NCBI GenBank assembly: GCA_038116745.1
Contig: JAYODW010000008.1
Span: 25,094-89,093, forward strand
Length of the DNA stretch: 64,000 nucleotides
Direction: 5' to 3'
Source: Gammaproteobacteria bacterium
GTDB lineage: Bacteria > Pseudomonadota > Gammaproteobacteria > Ga0077536
This document shows, piece by piece, positions 46,380 to 56,620 of this stretch (its first letter is position 1; each line of letters starts with the position of its first letter). A program made the position numbers and the translations under genes. The notes below the pieces were generated by a model that was not told the origin of the DNA, made no database searches, and saw only the letters and a list, made by a program, of their open reading frames with translations.

Positions 46380-47027
46380 CTAACGCGCGTGGATAAACCG
46401 GATCTTGTCGTTCTGCGGCAGACGGTAGAAACGGCGCAGCTCCTGCACGAATAAAGGCTCGAGGTGCTGCGCCGGAAAACGCCGCACCAGTCCCTGACAG
46501 TACTTGCCCGCCAGATGATTGGCTTCGGCGTAGCGCGTCCGGCTGGATGCATCCAGCTCGAGGTTAAAGCCGACCTCACTGAACAAGCGCTCGTGAAGCC
46601 GCCCCGCATCCACCGGGTTGCCCGTGCGCGCGAGCCCGATGCTCAGGCTGACGTACTTGTCGACTTCGGCCTGCAGCTCGAGTTCGAGCAAGCTCACCGG
46701 CCGCGCGTATCGTGCGTTCCAGACCACGTAATTGAAATGACTCACGCCTTCCAGCGCGACCAGGAACGCATTCAGATTGTGCGCACCCAGCGCCGCGTAC
46801 GGGTCCTGCAGGTCCAGCTGCGCGAGCACGGCGGCGTCCACGAACAGGGTAATGTCGAGGGTCTCATCAGTCTGCCGCAGTAACAGTCGTTCAGCATTGT
46901 CAGCGCTTGCGGAGTCGTGGAGGCGGCGCGCGAGGTCCGGGTCAGTCACCAGGAAGTCCAGCACGCTATGTTCCAACGGGGTCTCGTAGAGCGCTGCGAG
47001 ATCGCGTTGGATGGTGGCCAGGGACAT
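46380..47027 (-). CDS. Conserved hypothetical protein (LEGVSH / ELELQAEVDK motifs)
   Basis: 215-aa ORF with typical codon usage, 12 bp from the upstream gene. Confidence 0.75.
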   Translation of the reverse strand: MSLATIQRDLAALYETPLEHSVLDFLVTDPDLARRLHDSASADNAERLLLRQTDETLDITLFVDAAVLAQLDLQDPYAALGAHNLNAFLVALEGVSHFNYVVWNARYARPVSLLELELQAEVDKYVSLSIGLARTGNPVDAGRLHERLFSEVGFNLELDASSRTRYAEANHLAGKYCQGLVRRFPAQHLEPLFVQELRRFYRLPQNDKIRFIHAR

Positions 47028-47039
47028 GGTGCCGTACGC

Positions 47040-47669
47040 TCAGTGCGAGGTGCTGAGGGCTCGACCAGAGATCGGCACGATGCCGGCGCGGATCAGCCTG
47101 CGGCGCGCGCGCTCGCTGCGGCTGCTGAGCCATGCGTCGTAGTGCCGCAGCAGATCGCTGTTGGACTGCAATCCGCTGTTCTCCGCAATTTCTGCGAGCA
47201 GATCCACAACCTGACAGAACTTCTGCTCAAGCTCCTCAAAGGCGGAAAATCCGGCACTGGCCTCAGCCGACGGACGCATGGCGCCGTGCAGGTAGCCATA
47301 CGCTGCGCCGCCCATGTCAACGTAGTAATCAACGTCGACGAGCTTGCGCTGGAGGCTCTCGGCAAACAGCCCGGCAATGAACAGCGCGAGGTCACCGAGG
47401 CGCTGCAGGATCAGACAGCGTTGATGCAGCTGTCCGGCCCGCAGCGCCTCCGCATAGAGGTCGGCCAAGGCCCGATGATGACGCCCCGCGTCACTGACCG
47501 CCCGCAGCGCGCGCACGTGGCTGTATTGGGTAAGCAGATTGGTCACATAGCGGGACGTTGCGGGGTTCAGGTGAACGCCCTGATGGTCGGCTGCCGCGGC
47601 GAGCGCTGCAGCGAAGTAATCGCTGACCGATGCCGAAGTCGCGATCTGATCCGAATCGATGGTAGTCAT
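47040..47669 (-). CDS. Conserved hypothetical protein (LGD.ALF.AGLF / VDVDYY..MG..AY motifs)
   Basis: Helical ~209-aa ORF. AGGAG RBS before ATG 47669. Confidence 0.75.
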   Translation of the reverse strand: MTTIDSDQIATSASVSDYFAAALAAAADHQGVHLNPATSRYVTNLLTQYSHVRALRAVSDAGRHHRALADLYAEALRAGQLHQRCLILQRLGDLALFIAGLFAESLQRKLVDVDYYVDMGGAAYGYLHGAMRPSAEASAGFSAFEELEQKFCQVVDLLAEIAENSGLQSNSDLLRHYDAWLSSRSERARRRLIRAGIVPISGRALSTSH

Positions 47670-48012
47670 GAACAACTCCTTCTCGATGGAATCGCTGCGC
47701 GCGCCACAATCCGGCAGGCGCCTGTGCGCAGTCGCTCACCGTGTAGCACGGCCTTCGACAGGGGATCAAACACCGTGACTAAGCACCTGAAAACCTGAAC
47801 TTACGCAGCAGTCCTCAGGAGTGCTGACAAGGCTTTCTCGTGGTTTTCGTCCCCGCACAGCCCCGGGGACATACACATCAAGACTCTCGCATTGCCGTGA
47901 TACCGTTGCTGCGCGCTCTCAATCTCAGAGCCTACTCAGCCCGATGCGCCAGCTGCGATCTGTCTCAGGACGCAAAGCACTAGAATTCGTCGACCCAGCA
48001 GGAAGCCACGCC

Positions 48013-49116
48013 ATGTCCGACCAGCACACCGCCGCCACGCCACTGAACCGTGGCGATATTTTCGATATCGCAATCCGCCTTGCCGCAGTCGTTTTTCTGG
48101 TCGTGATGAGTATCCGCGTCTTTCATCCGTTCCTGGCGCTGATGCTTTGGGCGCTCATCCTGGCGGTAGCGCTGCACCCGTTGCACCAGAAGCTGGCGGC
48201 CCGATTAGCAGGACGGCCGGGTCGTGCGGCAACGGTGCTGATCCTGATCGGCCTGCTCACCATCGGCATTCCGGCCAGCATCATCGCGAGCGTATTCGCG
48301 TCCAACATTCACCAGGCCCACGACGCACTGGTCCACGGCGAGCTGGATATCAAACCGCCACCACCCGGCGTCGCAACCTGGCCGGTGATCGGCAAAACGG
48401 TGTCATCCGTGTGGCAGCAGGCGTCCGATGATCTGCCCGCGCTGGTGAGCAAAGCAGAACCGCAGCTGAAATCCCTCTCCCGTGACGCGCTGCAGTTTGT
48501 GGCCAGCAGCGCCGGTGGGATCCTCAAGTTCATCGGCTCCCTGATTGTTGCCGGGATCATGCTGGCGTACTCCGAGAGCGGCGCGGCAGCCTTGCGGCGC
48601 ATTGCGGCCCGGTTTGCAGGACCAGAGAGAGGGCCCGCCGTGTTCGCGTTGTGTCAAGGCACCATCAACTCTGTCGCGCTGGGCGTCATCGGTGTAGCGT
48701 TCATACAGTCGCTGCTGCTTGGCGGCGGCTTTGTAGCAGCCGGGGTGCCCGCCGCCGGCCTGCTTGCCTTCCTCGCGCTCCTCGGTGGTATTGCCCAGCT
48801 GCCGGCCCTGATCATCACCCTGCCCGTGATCGGTTACATCTGGTGGAGCGGCGGCTCGGCCACCATGAACGTGCTGCTGACCATTTATCTGATCCTGGCT
48901 GGGCTGGCCGATAACGTTCTGAAACCGCTGCTGCTCGGTCGCGGTGTCGATGCGCCCATGCCCGTGGTTCTGCTGGGCGCGCTGGGCGGCGTGGTGGCCA
49001 ACGGCATCCTCGGCATGTTCATCGGCGCGGTCGTGCTTGCGGTCGGCTATCAGCTGTTCATGGACTGGGTCGATCAGGCTCAGCCGGCGGCAGCGAACAC
49101 GACAGAGAAAGATTGA
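48013..49116 (+). CDS. AI-2E family transporter
   Basis: Multiple TM helices and DNVLKPLLLGRG..PM.V...G.LGG....G..G.FIG motif. Confidence 0.92.
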   Translation: MSDQHTAATPLNRGDIFDIAIRLAAVVFLVVMSIRVFHPFLALMLWALILAVALHPLHQKLAARLAGRPGRAATVLILIGLLTIGIPASIIASVFASNIHQAHDALVHGELDIKPPPPGVATWPVIGKTVSSVWQQASDDLPALVSKAEPQLKSLSRDALQFVASSAGGILKFIGSLIVAGIMLAYSESGAAALRRIAARFAGPERGPAVFALCQGTINSVALGVIGVAFIQSLLLGGGFVAAGVPAAGLLAFLALLGGIAQLPALIITLPVIGYIWWSGGSATMNVLLTIYLILAGLADNVLKPLLLGRGVDAPMPVVLLGALGGVVANGILGMFIGAVVLAVGYQLFMDWVDQAQPAAANTTEKD

Positions 49117-49125
49117 CGTTCCCTC

Positions 49126-50685
49126 TTGGAAACAACGCTTGTGCCGGTTTTTCTTCGCTCCCTGGCACGCAGCGCTGCCTGTGTGCTCGGACTGGCTCTC
49201 AGTGCCTGCACCACGCTCGGGCCCGATTACAGTGAGCCGCAGGTCAGCTGGTTAGGGGCCTGGGAGCAGAGCCAGCTCCACGGCCTGAGAGAAGGCACGG
49301 GTGCCGGCGGCGAGACAGACCTCGAATTCTGGTGGAAACGTTTCGCTGACCCTGGCCTGAATGCATTGCTCAGCGGCGCGCGCGAGGCCAATCCATCGCT
49401 GCGCATCGCAGGACTGCGCATCCTGGAAAGCCGCGCCCGGCTCGGGATCGCAACCAGCGGCCGCTATCCGCAGGTACAGCAGGCAACCAGCGCCGTGGCT
49501 CTGGTCAACTCTCATCGCTTTGGCGGCGCGCTGCCGAACGACTCCCAGAATCTGGCGCAATTCGACGTCGGCTTCGGTCTCGCATGGGAACTGGATTTCT
49601 GGGGCCGTTTCCAGCGCGGCATTGAATCGGCCGACGCGGCTTTTTTCGCGTCCGTTGCCGCGCAGCAGGATCTTCAGGTACTGCTGACCGCTCAGGTAAC
49701 CGACCTCTACTTCGCCTACCGCACCGTCGAACGACGCCTCGAGGTGACCCGCGACAACATCAACCTGCGCGAGCGCAGCTACGAGATCACTCGGCACAAG
49801 TTTGAAAGCGGCGACACCTCCGAACTCGACGTCCAGCAGGCCCGCACGCAGCTGCTGGTCACACAGTCGACCGTCCCGGAACTGGAATCCAACCTGGTGC
49901 AGATCCGCAACGCGCTGTGTGCCGTCCTCGGTCGTCCGCCGGGAGCCTTGCCCGAGCTCGACACCGGGAGCGACAGCTGGGATGCCGTAGGCGGCGTCGA
50001 ACTGGCGGCCCTGCCGGCCGCCCTGATGATGCGACGCCCCGATGTGCGCGCGGCAGCCTGGCAGGTCGCCGCACAGTCTGCCCAGATCGGGATCGCCGAA
50101 GCCGAGTTCTACCCGGCGGTCTCGCTGCTCGGCAACCTGGCCTGGTCCGGGAACAGCCTGGACGCCACGCCCTACTCGGCTGCCATCGGTGTCGGCCCGT
50201 CGGTGCGCTGGAATCTTTTTGACCATGGGCGCATCCGCAACAATGTGCGGCTGCAGGACGCCCTGCTGCAGCAGCTCATCGAGGGCTATCAGCTGACTGT
50301 TCTCGAGGCTGCGCGGGAGATCGACGACGCTGCCGTTCAGATCATCAAGACCGCCGAGCGCGACCGCTTGATCAAAGAGTCGGTGGCCGCCGCCTCCCGT
50401 GCTCTCGAGCTGGCCAACACGCGATACCGGGAAGGGCTGACCAATTTTCAGCGGGTGCTCGACTCACAGCGAGCGCTCTACAGCCAGCAGGAACAGCGGA
50501 TCGTGAATTTCGGCAATCACATCAGCGCCATCATCAGCCTCTACAAGGGACTGGGTGGCGGCTGGTCCGAGGCAACTATCGAAACCCTGCTTCCGGCTGA
50601 GACCCGGGACAGTATGCGGACGCGAACCGACTGGGGGGACCTGCTTGATACGCCCCCCGCGGGAAGCGCCTCTGACTTACCGTGA
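49126..50685 (+). CDS. Efflux outer-membrane factor lipoprotein (NodT/TolC family)
   Basis: Lipobox LSAC, WELDFWG, RRPDVRAA and LYKGLGGGW motifs. Confidence 0.93.
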   Translation: METTLVPVFLRSLARSAACVLGLALSACTTLGPDYSEPQVSWLGAWEQSQLHGLREGTGAGGETDLEFWWKRFADPGLNALLSGAREANPSLRIAGLRILESRARLGIATSGRYPQVQQATSAVALVNSHRFGGALPNDSQNLAQFDVGFGLAWELDFWGRFQRGIESADAAFFASVAAQQDLQVLLTAQVTDLYFAYRTVERRLEVTRDNINLRERSYEITRHKFESGDTSELDVQQARTQLLVTQSTVPELESNLVQIRNALCAVLGRPPGALPELDTGSDSWDAVGGVELAALPAALMMRRPDVRAAAWQVAAQSAQIGIAEAEFYPAVSLLGNLAWSGNSLDATPYSAAIGVGPSVRWNLFDHGRIRNNVRLQDALLQQLIEGYQLTVLEAAREIDDAAVQIIKTAERDRLIKESVAAASRALELANTRYREGLTNFQRVLDSQRALYSQQEQRIVNFGNHISAIISLYKGLGGGWSEATIETLLPAETRDSMRTRTDWGDLLDTPPAGSASDLP

Positions 50686-51944
50686 GGACGGCACCGAAAA
50701 CCATGAGCGGCACCGAAAACGATCAGGAAAATCCAGCGCCGGCAACGGCCGCGGCCGCCGCACAGGCATCAGCGCCAGGCGCCGGGAGCGCAGCAGGCGA
50801 GGAAACATCGGCGATACCGGCTGACGCAGATAGCCCTGCGGCGGCACCGCCTTCGCCGAGCAGCGAAGGAGGACGCGGCGGACGCCTGGGTACCGTGCTC
50901 GTCCTGCTCGTAATCCTACTCAGCCTCAGCTGGTATCTGATTGCCGATCGCTACGCGCCGTACACCCAACAGGCGCGCGTCCAGGGTTATATCGTCGGCA
51001 TAGCGCCGAAAGTGACCGGGCTGGTGACCAAGGTGCATGTGACGAACAACGCGTTCATCGAGCTGAACCAGCCGCTTTTTGAGATCGACAGCTCGGACTA
51101 CGAAATCGCACTCAAGCGGGCGGAGTCGGACCTCGAGAAGACGCGTAACCAGGTGGGTGCCGGCACCGCCGGCGTCGATTCCGCTCGCGCGCAGCTGGAG
51201 GTCGCCCGTGCAGCGCAAACCGAAGCGCAACAGGACGCCGACCGTCAGGAGCGCCTGTACAAGGAAGACCCTGGCGCGATTTCGGTGCGCCGGCTGGAAG
51301 TCGCCCGCGCACGGCTGGCTGAAGCGCAGGCGCGGGTCAAAGCAGCGCAGGCCGAGGTCACCCGCGCCCGTGAGCAGCGTGGACGCAATGACGAGGACAA
51401 CGCCCAGCTGCAGTCGGCTTTAAGCGCCGTCGAGAAAGCGCGACTGGATCTTGAGAACACGGTGGTGCGGGCGCCTACAGGCGGCATCATCACCGACCTG
51501 CGGACCGACGTCGGCCAGTTCGCCGGTACCGGCAGCCCGGTGATGACCCTGATTGCGATCCACGATGTATGGATCAACGCCGAGTTCACCGAAAACAACC
51601 TCGGGCATATCGGTCCCGGCAGCAGCGCGGAGATCGTGTTCGATTCGCTGCCCGGACAGGTCTTCCCCGGGCGGGTCCGCAGCGTAGGGCCGGGCGTCAG
51701 CGCCGGGCAACAGCCACCCCCGGGGTCTCTGCCAACCATCAAGAATGACCGTGACTGGCTGCGTCCCTCGCAGCGTTTTCCGGTGGTTATCGAATTCGAT
51801 CCCAATCTACATGACACGCTCAGGGGACAGCTGCGCGCCGGTGGCCAGGCCGATGTCATCGTCTATACCGACATGTATCCGCTGGTGCGCAAACTCGGCG
51901 AGCTCTACATCCGCGCGATGAGCTGGCTCTCCTACGCTTACTGA
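50682..51944 (+). CDS. HlyD family secretion/membrane-fusion protein
   Basis: N-terminal TM, APKVTG, coiled coil, VRAPTGG and QRFPV motifs. Start may be 50703. Confidence 0.92.
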   Translation: MRTAPKTMSGTENDQENPAPATAAAAAQASAPGAGSAAGEETSAIPADADSPAAAPPSPSSEGGRGGRLGTVLVLLVILLSLSWYLIADRYAPYTQQARVQGYIVGIAPKVTGLVTKVHVTNNAFIELNQPLFEIDSSDYEIALKRAESDLEKTRNQVGAGTAGVDSARAQLEVARAAQTEAQQDADRQERLYKEDPGAISVRRLEVARARLAEAQARVKAAQAEVTRAREQRGRNDEDNAQLQSALSAVEKARLDLENTVVRAPTGGIITDLRTDVGQFAGTGSPVMTLIAIHDVWINAEFTENNLGHIGPGSSAEIVFDSLPGQVFPGRVRSVGPGVSAGQQPPPGSLPTIKNDRDWLRPSQRFPVVIEFDPNLHDTLRGQLRAGGQADVIVYTDMYPLVRKLGELYIRAMSWLSYAY

Positions 51945-51971
51945 AGCGCCCGCGCAGAAGAGATCACCGGC

Positions 51972-52994
51972 GTGACCCTGACCGCGCGGCGCATGTACAG
52001 GCTGAGTGGCTGCATGGCGGTGGCGCTCGCCACCGCCTATGGATTCGCCGTACCGCTGCCCTATCTGGCGCCGATTCTGGCGCTGCATCTGACCGCAACC
52101 CGCAACAGCCCCATCGGCCCGGGAGCGCTTGTCGGGCTCGTCATTGTGCTCAATATCGTGCTCGGCTGCGGTCTCGTGCTTACCCCCATCCTGCAGCGTT
52201 TCCCCGTCACGGGACTCGTGCTTGTCGCGATCGGACTGCTGATCGCCTTTCACCTGATAATCGTGCGCGATAAAGAAGGGCCCGGGATGGTGCTGGTGGT
52301 CGGGCTGACGCTGATCACCCTGGTTGGACAGGTGAGCTATGCAGCGGCCAGCGAGGTGGTGTCCGCGCTGGTGCTGGGGGCCAGTATCGCGGTCATCAGT
52401 CAGTGGGTGATGTACGCCGTTTTTCCCGATCCCCCCGGATGCGTCATCCCCCCCCCGCCGCCGAAACCCGCGCCAAAACCGCACGCAGTCATACGTGCGG
52501 TTGTCGTCGTCTTCCCGATGTATCTTCTCGCGCTGACTAATCCGCTCCTGTACATGCCGACCATTCTCAAGACGGTGGCCATGGCGCAGGAAAGCAGCAC
52601 GCTTGACCTGCGCAGCGCGGGGCAGGAGCTTTTTCTTTCGACGCTGTACGCGGGTATGTTGGCCATCCTGTTCTGGTTCCTGCTCGGGCTGCACCCGTCA
52701 CTGTGGATGTTTTTCTGGCTGATGGTGGCGTTTGGATTGTTTTTCGCCGCGCGGATCTACCGGGCGCCCATGGATCCTCACACCATCGAGTTCTGGGTCG
52801 GAGTCGCAACCAAGACCCTGGTGCTGCTGGGCCCGTCGGTCTCCGACAGTGAGACCGGCAGCGATGTTTATGCCGCATTCGCGATGCGCATGAGCCTGTT
52901 CATGGGCGCGACTGCCTATGTGTGCTTCGCCTTCGCCCTGTTCGAGCTGCGCAGACCGCGGCGGGTCCGGCCGCCGCTGCTGGAGGGAACGTGA
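51972..52994 (+). CDS. DUF2955-like inner-membrane protein (efflux partner)
   Basis: Polytopic membrane protein directly after HlyD, in the position typical of DUF2955. Confidence 0.75.
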   Translation: MTLTARRMYRLSGCMAVALATAYGFAVPLPYLAPILALHLTATRNSPIGPGALVGLVIVLNIVLGCGLVLTPILQRFPVTGLVLVAIGLLIAFHLIIVRDKEGPGMVLVVGLTLITLVGQVSYAAASEVVSALVLGASIAVISQWVMYAVFPDPPGCVIPPPPPKPAPKPHAVIRAVVVVFPMYLLALTNPLLYMPTILKTVAMAQESSTLDLRSAGQELFLSTLYAGMLAILFWFLLGLHPSLWMFFWLMVAFGLFFAARIYRAPMDPHTIEFWVGVATKTLVLLGPSVSDSETGSDVYAAFAMRMSLFMGATAYVCFAFALFELRRPRRVRPPLLEGT

Positions 52995-53437
52995 TGCTGA
53001 CCAACATGCTCGTCGGCCTGGGCACGATGGTGATTTGTCTGCTGCTGCAGATGTTCCTGCTCATCGTGACCTTGCGTTACTACCGCGAACACCGTGCCAT
53101 CATCTCGCGCGAGGCGCTGTGGCCACGCCTGGCGCTGCTGAGCGCAATCATGCTGCTGCTGGTGACCGGTAACATTGCGCAGATAGCCACCTGGGCCCTG
53201 CTTTTTCATTGGCTGGGGGAATTCAACGCTTTCAACGCCGCCTTCTATCACTCAGCCGTCAATTTCGCGACCCTGGGCTACGGCGACATCGTGATGTCGG
53301 ATCGGCACAGACTGCTCGGTCCGCTCGAAGCGCTGAACGGGGTCCTGATGATCGGCGTGTCGACGGCAGCTTTGATGAGCGTGTTCCAGGACGCTATCCG
53401 CAAAGCGCCAGCACAGCACCGCCAGGACTTACCCTGA
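52994..53437 (+). CDS. Small potassium-channel-family (Ion_trans_2) protein
   Basis: AFYHSAVNFATLGYGD pore motif flanked by TM helices. TGATG coupling with the upstream gene. Confidence 0.88.
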   Translation: MLTNMLVGLGTMVICLLLQMFLLIVTLRYYREHRAIISREALWPRLALLSAIMLLLVTGNIAQIATWALLFHWLGEFNAFNAAFYHSAVNFATLGYGDIVMSDRHRLLGPLEALNGVLMIGVSTAALMSVFQDAIRKAPAQHRQDLP

Positions 53438-53517
53438 ACCGAACGCATACGAACTCAATCTGACGCAGCCGCGGCATGCGTCGTCGCGTCGTCCAAAGCT
53501 TGAAAAGGAGCAGCCCA

Positions 53518-53973
53518 GTGAGCGAAGACTTCAAACACATCGCCTCCGCGCAGGTCATGTCGAACCCGCAGAGGCTGTTCGTACGCTATTTCACGGCGAT
53601 TCTCGTCGACCTCACGGTACTCAACCTGTTCGCCGAGTACTGGTCACATGTGATCATCAGCTCTTTCACCATTTCCCTGTTTGCAGCCACTTTGCTGCAG
53701 GCGCTGCTGCAGCTCACCCTGAAGCTCGAGCATCGCGTGGCGGAGTACTTCAACAGCAAGCCAGGAAAAGCCGCGCGCTTCATGCGGTTCTTCTCCGCGT
53801 GGCTGATCCTGTTTCTCTCGAAGTTTGTCATCCTTGGCGCCGTCGACTTCTGCTTCGGGCACAGCATCCAGTTCGAAGGTCCACTCCATGGGGTCGTTGC
53901 GTTCATCGTCGTTGTGTTCGCCATGCTCGGCGCGGAAGAAGTGATCATGCGCATCTATCGCCGCCTCGCCTGA
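53518..53973 (+). CDS. Hypothetical membrane protein (about 4 TM)
   Basis: Hydrophobic ORF. AGGAG RBS before GTG 53518. Confidence 0.7.
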   Translation: MSEDFKHIASAQVMSNPQRLFVRYFTAILVDLTVLNLFAEYWSHVIISSFTISLFAATLLQALLQLTLKLEHRVAEYFNSKPGKAARFMRFFSAWLILFLSKFVILGAVDFCFGHSIQFEGPLHGVVAFIVVVFAMLGAEEVIMRIYRRLA

Positions 53974-54081
53974 GCGACGCGCTCTGCCGCGGGTGCGGCA
54001 GGGTCTCTGCGGGAATGCGTGTGGGTCGGGGATCTAAGGTACGCTACGCGCCCTTCAGACTGCCCGGACCCTGTAGATCTC

Positions 54082-56487
54082 ATGCACAAGCTTGTACCGC
54101 TGCTCCTGTTACTGCTGAGCACAAGCGCCCCCGGCGCAACCAACGACGACCCCGCGGCCCGCTGGAGCTATCCGCAGACGCGCCAGTCAGAGGGCTACGA
54201 GGTCACGCTGCACTCCCCGCAGATCCGCAACTGGCCTGACTACGAGCGTTTCGAGGCCTGGATGGTGCTGGAGGTCAAACATCCCGACGGCGAGCAGGCC
54301 AGCATCGGTTCGATCGTGGTCGAAGGCGGCACGACACTGGACCTCGAAAAACGCCTCGTGCACGTCTGGCACGCGCGCGTCAAAGAACTCCACTTCAGTG
54401 ATCCCCTGAGTGACGCCACGGAGAGCGCGGTCCGGCACCTGATCGCCGGGAAGCCCGTGGACGTGCCGCTCGATCTGTTTCTAGCGCACGTAGCAGACGC
54501 TGTCCTCAGCGAGGCGCCACCAGCCGGCTTCAACCTTGAGCCGCCGCCGATTTATGTACGGACACAACCAGCCATCGTCGTCATAGTCGTCGGTGACGCA
54601 GTGTTCGACAGCGAAATTGCCGGCGGACTCAAACGGGTGGTCAATGCTAACTGGCCTATCTTCAAGGACAGCTCCGATCAGCACCTCTACCTGCTGGCGG
54701 ACAAGACCTGGCTTCGTGCACCAACTCTCGATGCACCATGGGAAGCCGTCGCCACTCTGCCTCCCGCATTCAGCCAGCTGCCTGATGATGAGGCGCTCAA
54801 GGACATCAAAGCCGCTGTTCCGCCAAGCGCTCCGGACGATAACGTCCCCGAAGTCATTTTCAGCGCCGTACCGGCCGAACTGATTGTCATCGACGGCCAT
54901 GCTGATCTTGAGCCTATCCCCGGAGCAGCAGGACTCAGCTACGTCGCGAACACTGAAAGCCCGTTATTCAAACTCGACGAACACTGGTACTTCCTGGCCT
55001 CGGGGCGCTGGTTTGCCGCGAAGAATATCGGGCGCGGCGACTGGCGCTGGATCGAAACGCTTCCGGAAGCTTTCAGCCAGATCCCGACCGACCATCCGAT
55101 GAGCGCAGTGCGCGCCTCGGTGGCAGGCACCCCGGAGGCGCGGATGGCGACGCTGGAAGCCTCGCTGCCTACCCGGAAAGACGTCGCCAACGGCGCGGCA
55201 CCGGACGTCGAGGTCACCTACACCGGCGAGCCTGAATTCATGGCCATCACCAACACGTCCGTCAGGCGTGCGGCCAACACCGCCCAGGACATCTTCGAGT
55301 ACGAGGGCTTGTATTACCTCTGTTTCCAGGGCGCCTGGTATGCATCCGAAAGCGCTACCGGACCGTGGGCCGTAACCGCCAACGTGCCGGATGCGATCTA
55401 CCGCATCCCCCCGGACTCTCCCGGATATCACGTGACCTACGTGACGGTTAATGACCGCGACGACAGCGATGGTCAGATCACCTTTAATTTCGCGCCGGCT
55501 TACACCTACGGGATGTATGTCGGTTACGGCGTGCCCTGGTACGGCACAGGCTGGTACTACCCTCCCTATCTCTGGGGTGGTTACTACTACCCCTACTACG
55601 TCGCCTACGGTCATGGGTCCTGGTACAACCCGAGCACTGGCGGTTTTGGCACGCGATCGGTCTATTACGGTCCTTATGGCGGCTATACCCAGACGGCTGG
55701 CTACAACGCCAGAACAGGGCGTTACGGCTACGTCGAAACGGCCTGGGACCACGACGAGTGGTACAGCGCGGGTCAGACCTACAACCCGCGCACCGGGATC
55801 CATTCTGAGACGACGCGTCATTACGACCGCGACGATAAGCAGCTGCACACGGAGCGGACCCGATCCCGAGGAGATCACTCCATCAGCACGGAACGGGACG
55901 TCGACTTCAACAACCGCACCTCAACCACCCGGCACGAGACCGCACGCGGCGGTGAGGCAACGGTCAACCGTTCCCGCAGCGACGGACAGGTCAGCACCAG
56001 CGGGGAATTCACCACCGCCGGCGGTCGTTCCGGCACGATTGACGGCAGCCACAGCCGCGACGGCGGCACCACGACGATCACCGGCGAAGGCGGTGGCGAG
56101 CTGACCCTCAACCGTGATGCGAATGCTGACGGACGCAAGTGGGACGCCTCCTACACGCCGGGAGAAAACTCCCCGCATCCGCGACAGAATCACGACAACC
56201 TCTATGCAACGGCCACAGGTCAGGTGATGCGCCTGAGCGATCGCGATTGGGAACGCTACTCGGACGGCCGCTGGCAGTCCGTGAATAACCGCGACCGCGA
56301 TCTCGGTGGACGCGGTCTGGATAGCGACAGCTGGTCGACGCTGCGACGCGATGCCGACGCCCGGCAAAACGCCCAGCGCAGATTCCAGTCCCGCGATGCC
56401 TGGAGTCGCGGCGGCTTTGATCGCGGCGGACGTGGATTCAGCCGCGGCGGACGCGGTTTTGGCGGCGGGTTCCGCGGTCGCCGCTGA
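54082..56487 (+). CDS. Large secreted hypothetical protein with aromatic-rich repeats and an RGG-rich tail
   Basis: Signal peptide MHKLVPLLLLLL, three YxL...W...PW-type modules, a Y/G/W-rich segment and C-terminal RGGFDRGGRGFSRGGRGFGGGFRGRR. Confidence 0.8.
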   Translation: MHKLVPLLLLLLSTSAPGATNDDPAARWSYPQTRQSEGYEVTLHSPQIRNWPDYERFEAWMVLEVKHPDGEQASIGSIVVEGGTTLDLEKRLVHVWHARVKELHFSDPLSDATESAVRHLIAGKPVDVPLDLFLAHVADAVLSEAPPAGFNLEPPPIYVRTQPAIVVIVVGDAVFDSEIAGGLKRVVNANWPIFKDSSDQHLYLLADKTWLRAPTLDAPWEAVATLPPAFSQLPDDEALKDIKAAVPPSAPDDNVPEVIFSAVPAELIVIDGHADLEPIPGAAGLSYVANTESPLFKLDEHWYFLASGRWFAAKNIGRGDWRWIETLPEAFSQIPTDHPMSAVRASVAGTPEARMATLEASLPTRKDVANGAAPDVEVTYTGEPEFMAITNTSVRRAANTAQDIFEYEGLYYLCFQGAWYASESATGPWAVTANVPDAIYRIPPDSPGYHVTYVTVNDRDDSDGQITFNFAPAYTYGMYVGYGVPWYGTGWYYPPYLWGGYYYPYYVAYGHGSWYNPSTGGFGTRSVYYGPYGGYTQTAGYNARTGRYGYVETAWDHDEWYSAGQTYNPRTGIHSETTRHYDRDDKQLHTERTRSRGDHSISTERDVDFNNRTSTTRHETARGGEATVNRSRSDGQVSTSGEFTTAGGRSGTIDGSHSRDGGTTTITGEGGGELTLNRDANADGRKWDASYTPGENSPHPRQNHDNLYATATGQVMRLSDRDWERYSDGRWQSVNNRDRDLGGRGLDSDSWSTLRRDADARQNAQRRFQSRDAWSRGGFDRGGRGFSRGGRGFGGGFRGRR

Positions 56488-56620
56488 AAGCAGCGCGCCA
56501 ACCGAAACGTCTCCTGGCTGAAGCCTGAGCGCTGCGCTTATTTGACCCGTCTGGATACGCTCATTAAAGTCCGTCCCGCCTGACCCCTGAAAACCTGTCA
56601 TCTGAAAAGGAAAATCAGCC

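Noticed and set aside
56408-56484. Short cgcggcgg repeats as a CRISPR or VNTR
   Set aside because: They encode the RGG tail and show no repeat-spacer structure.
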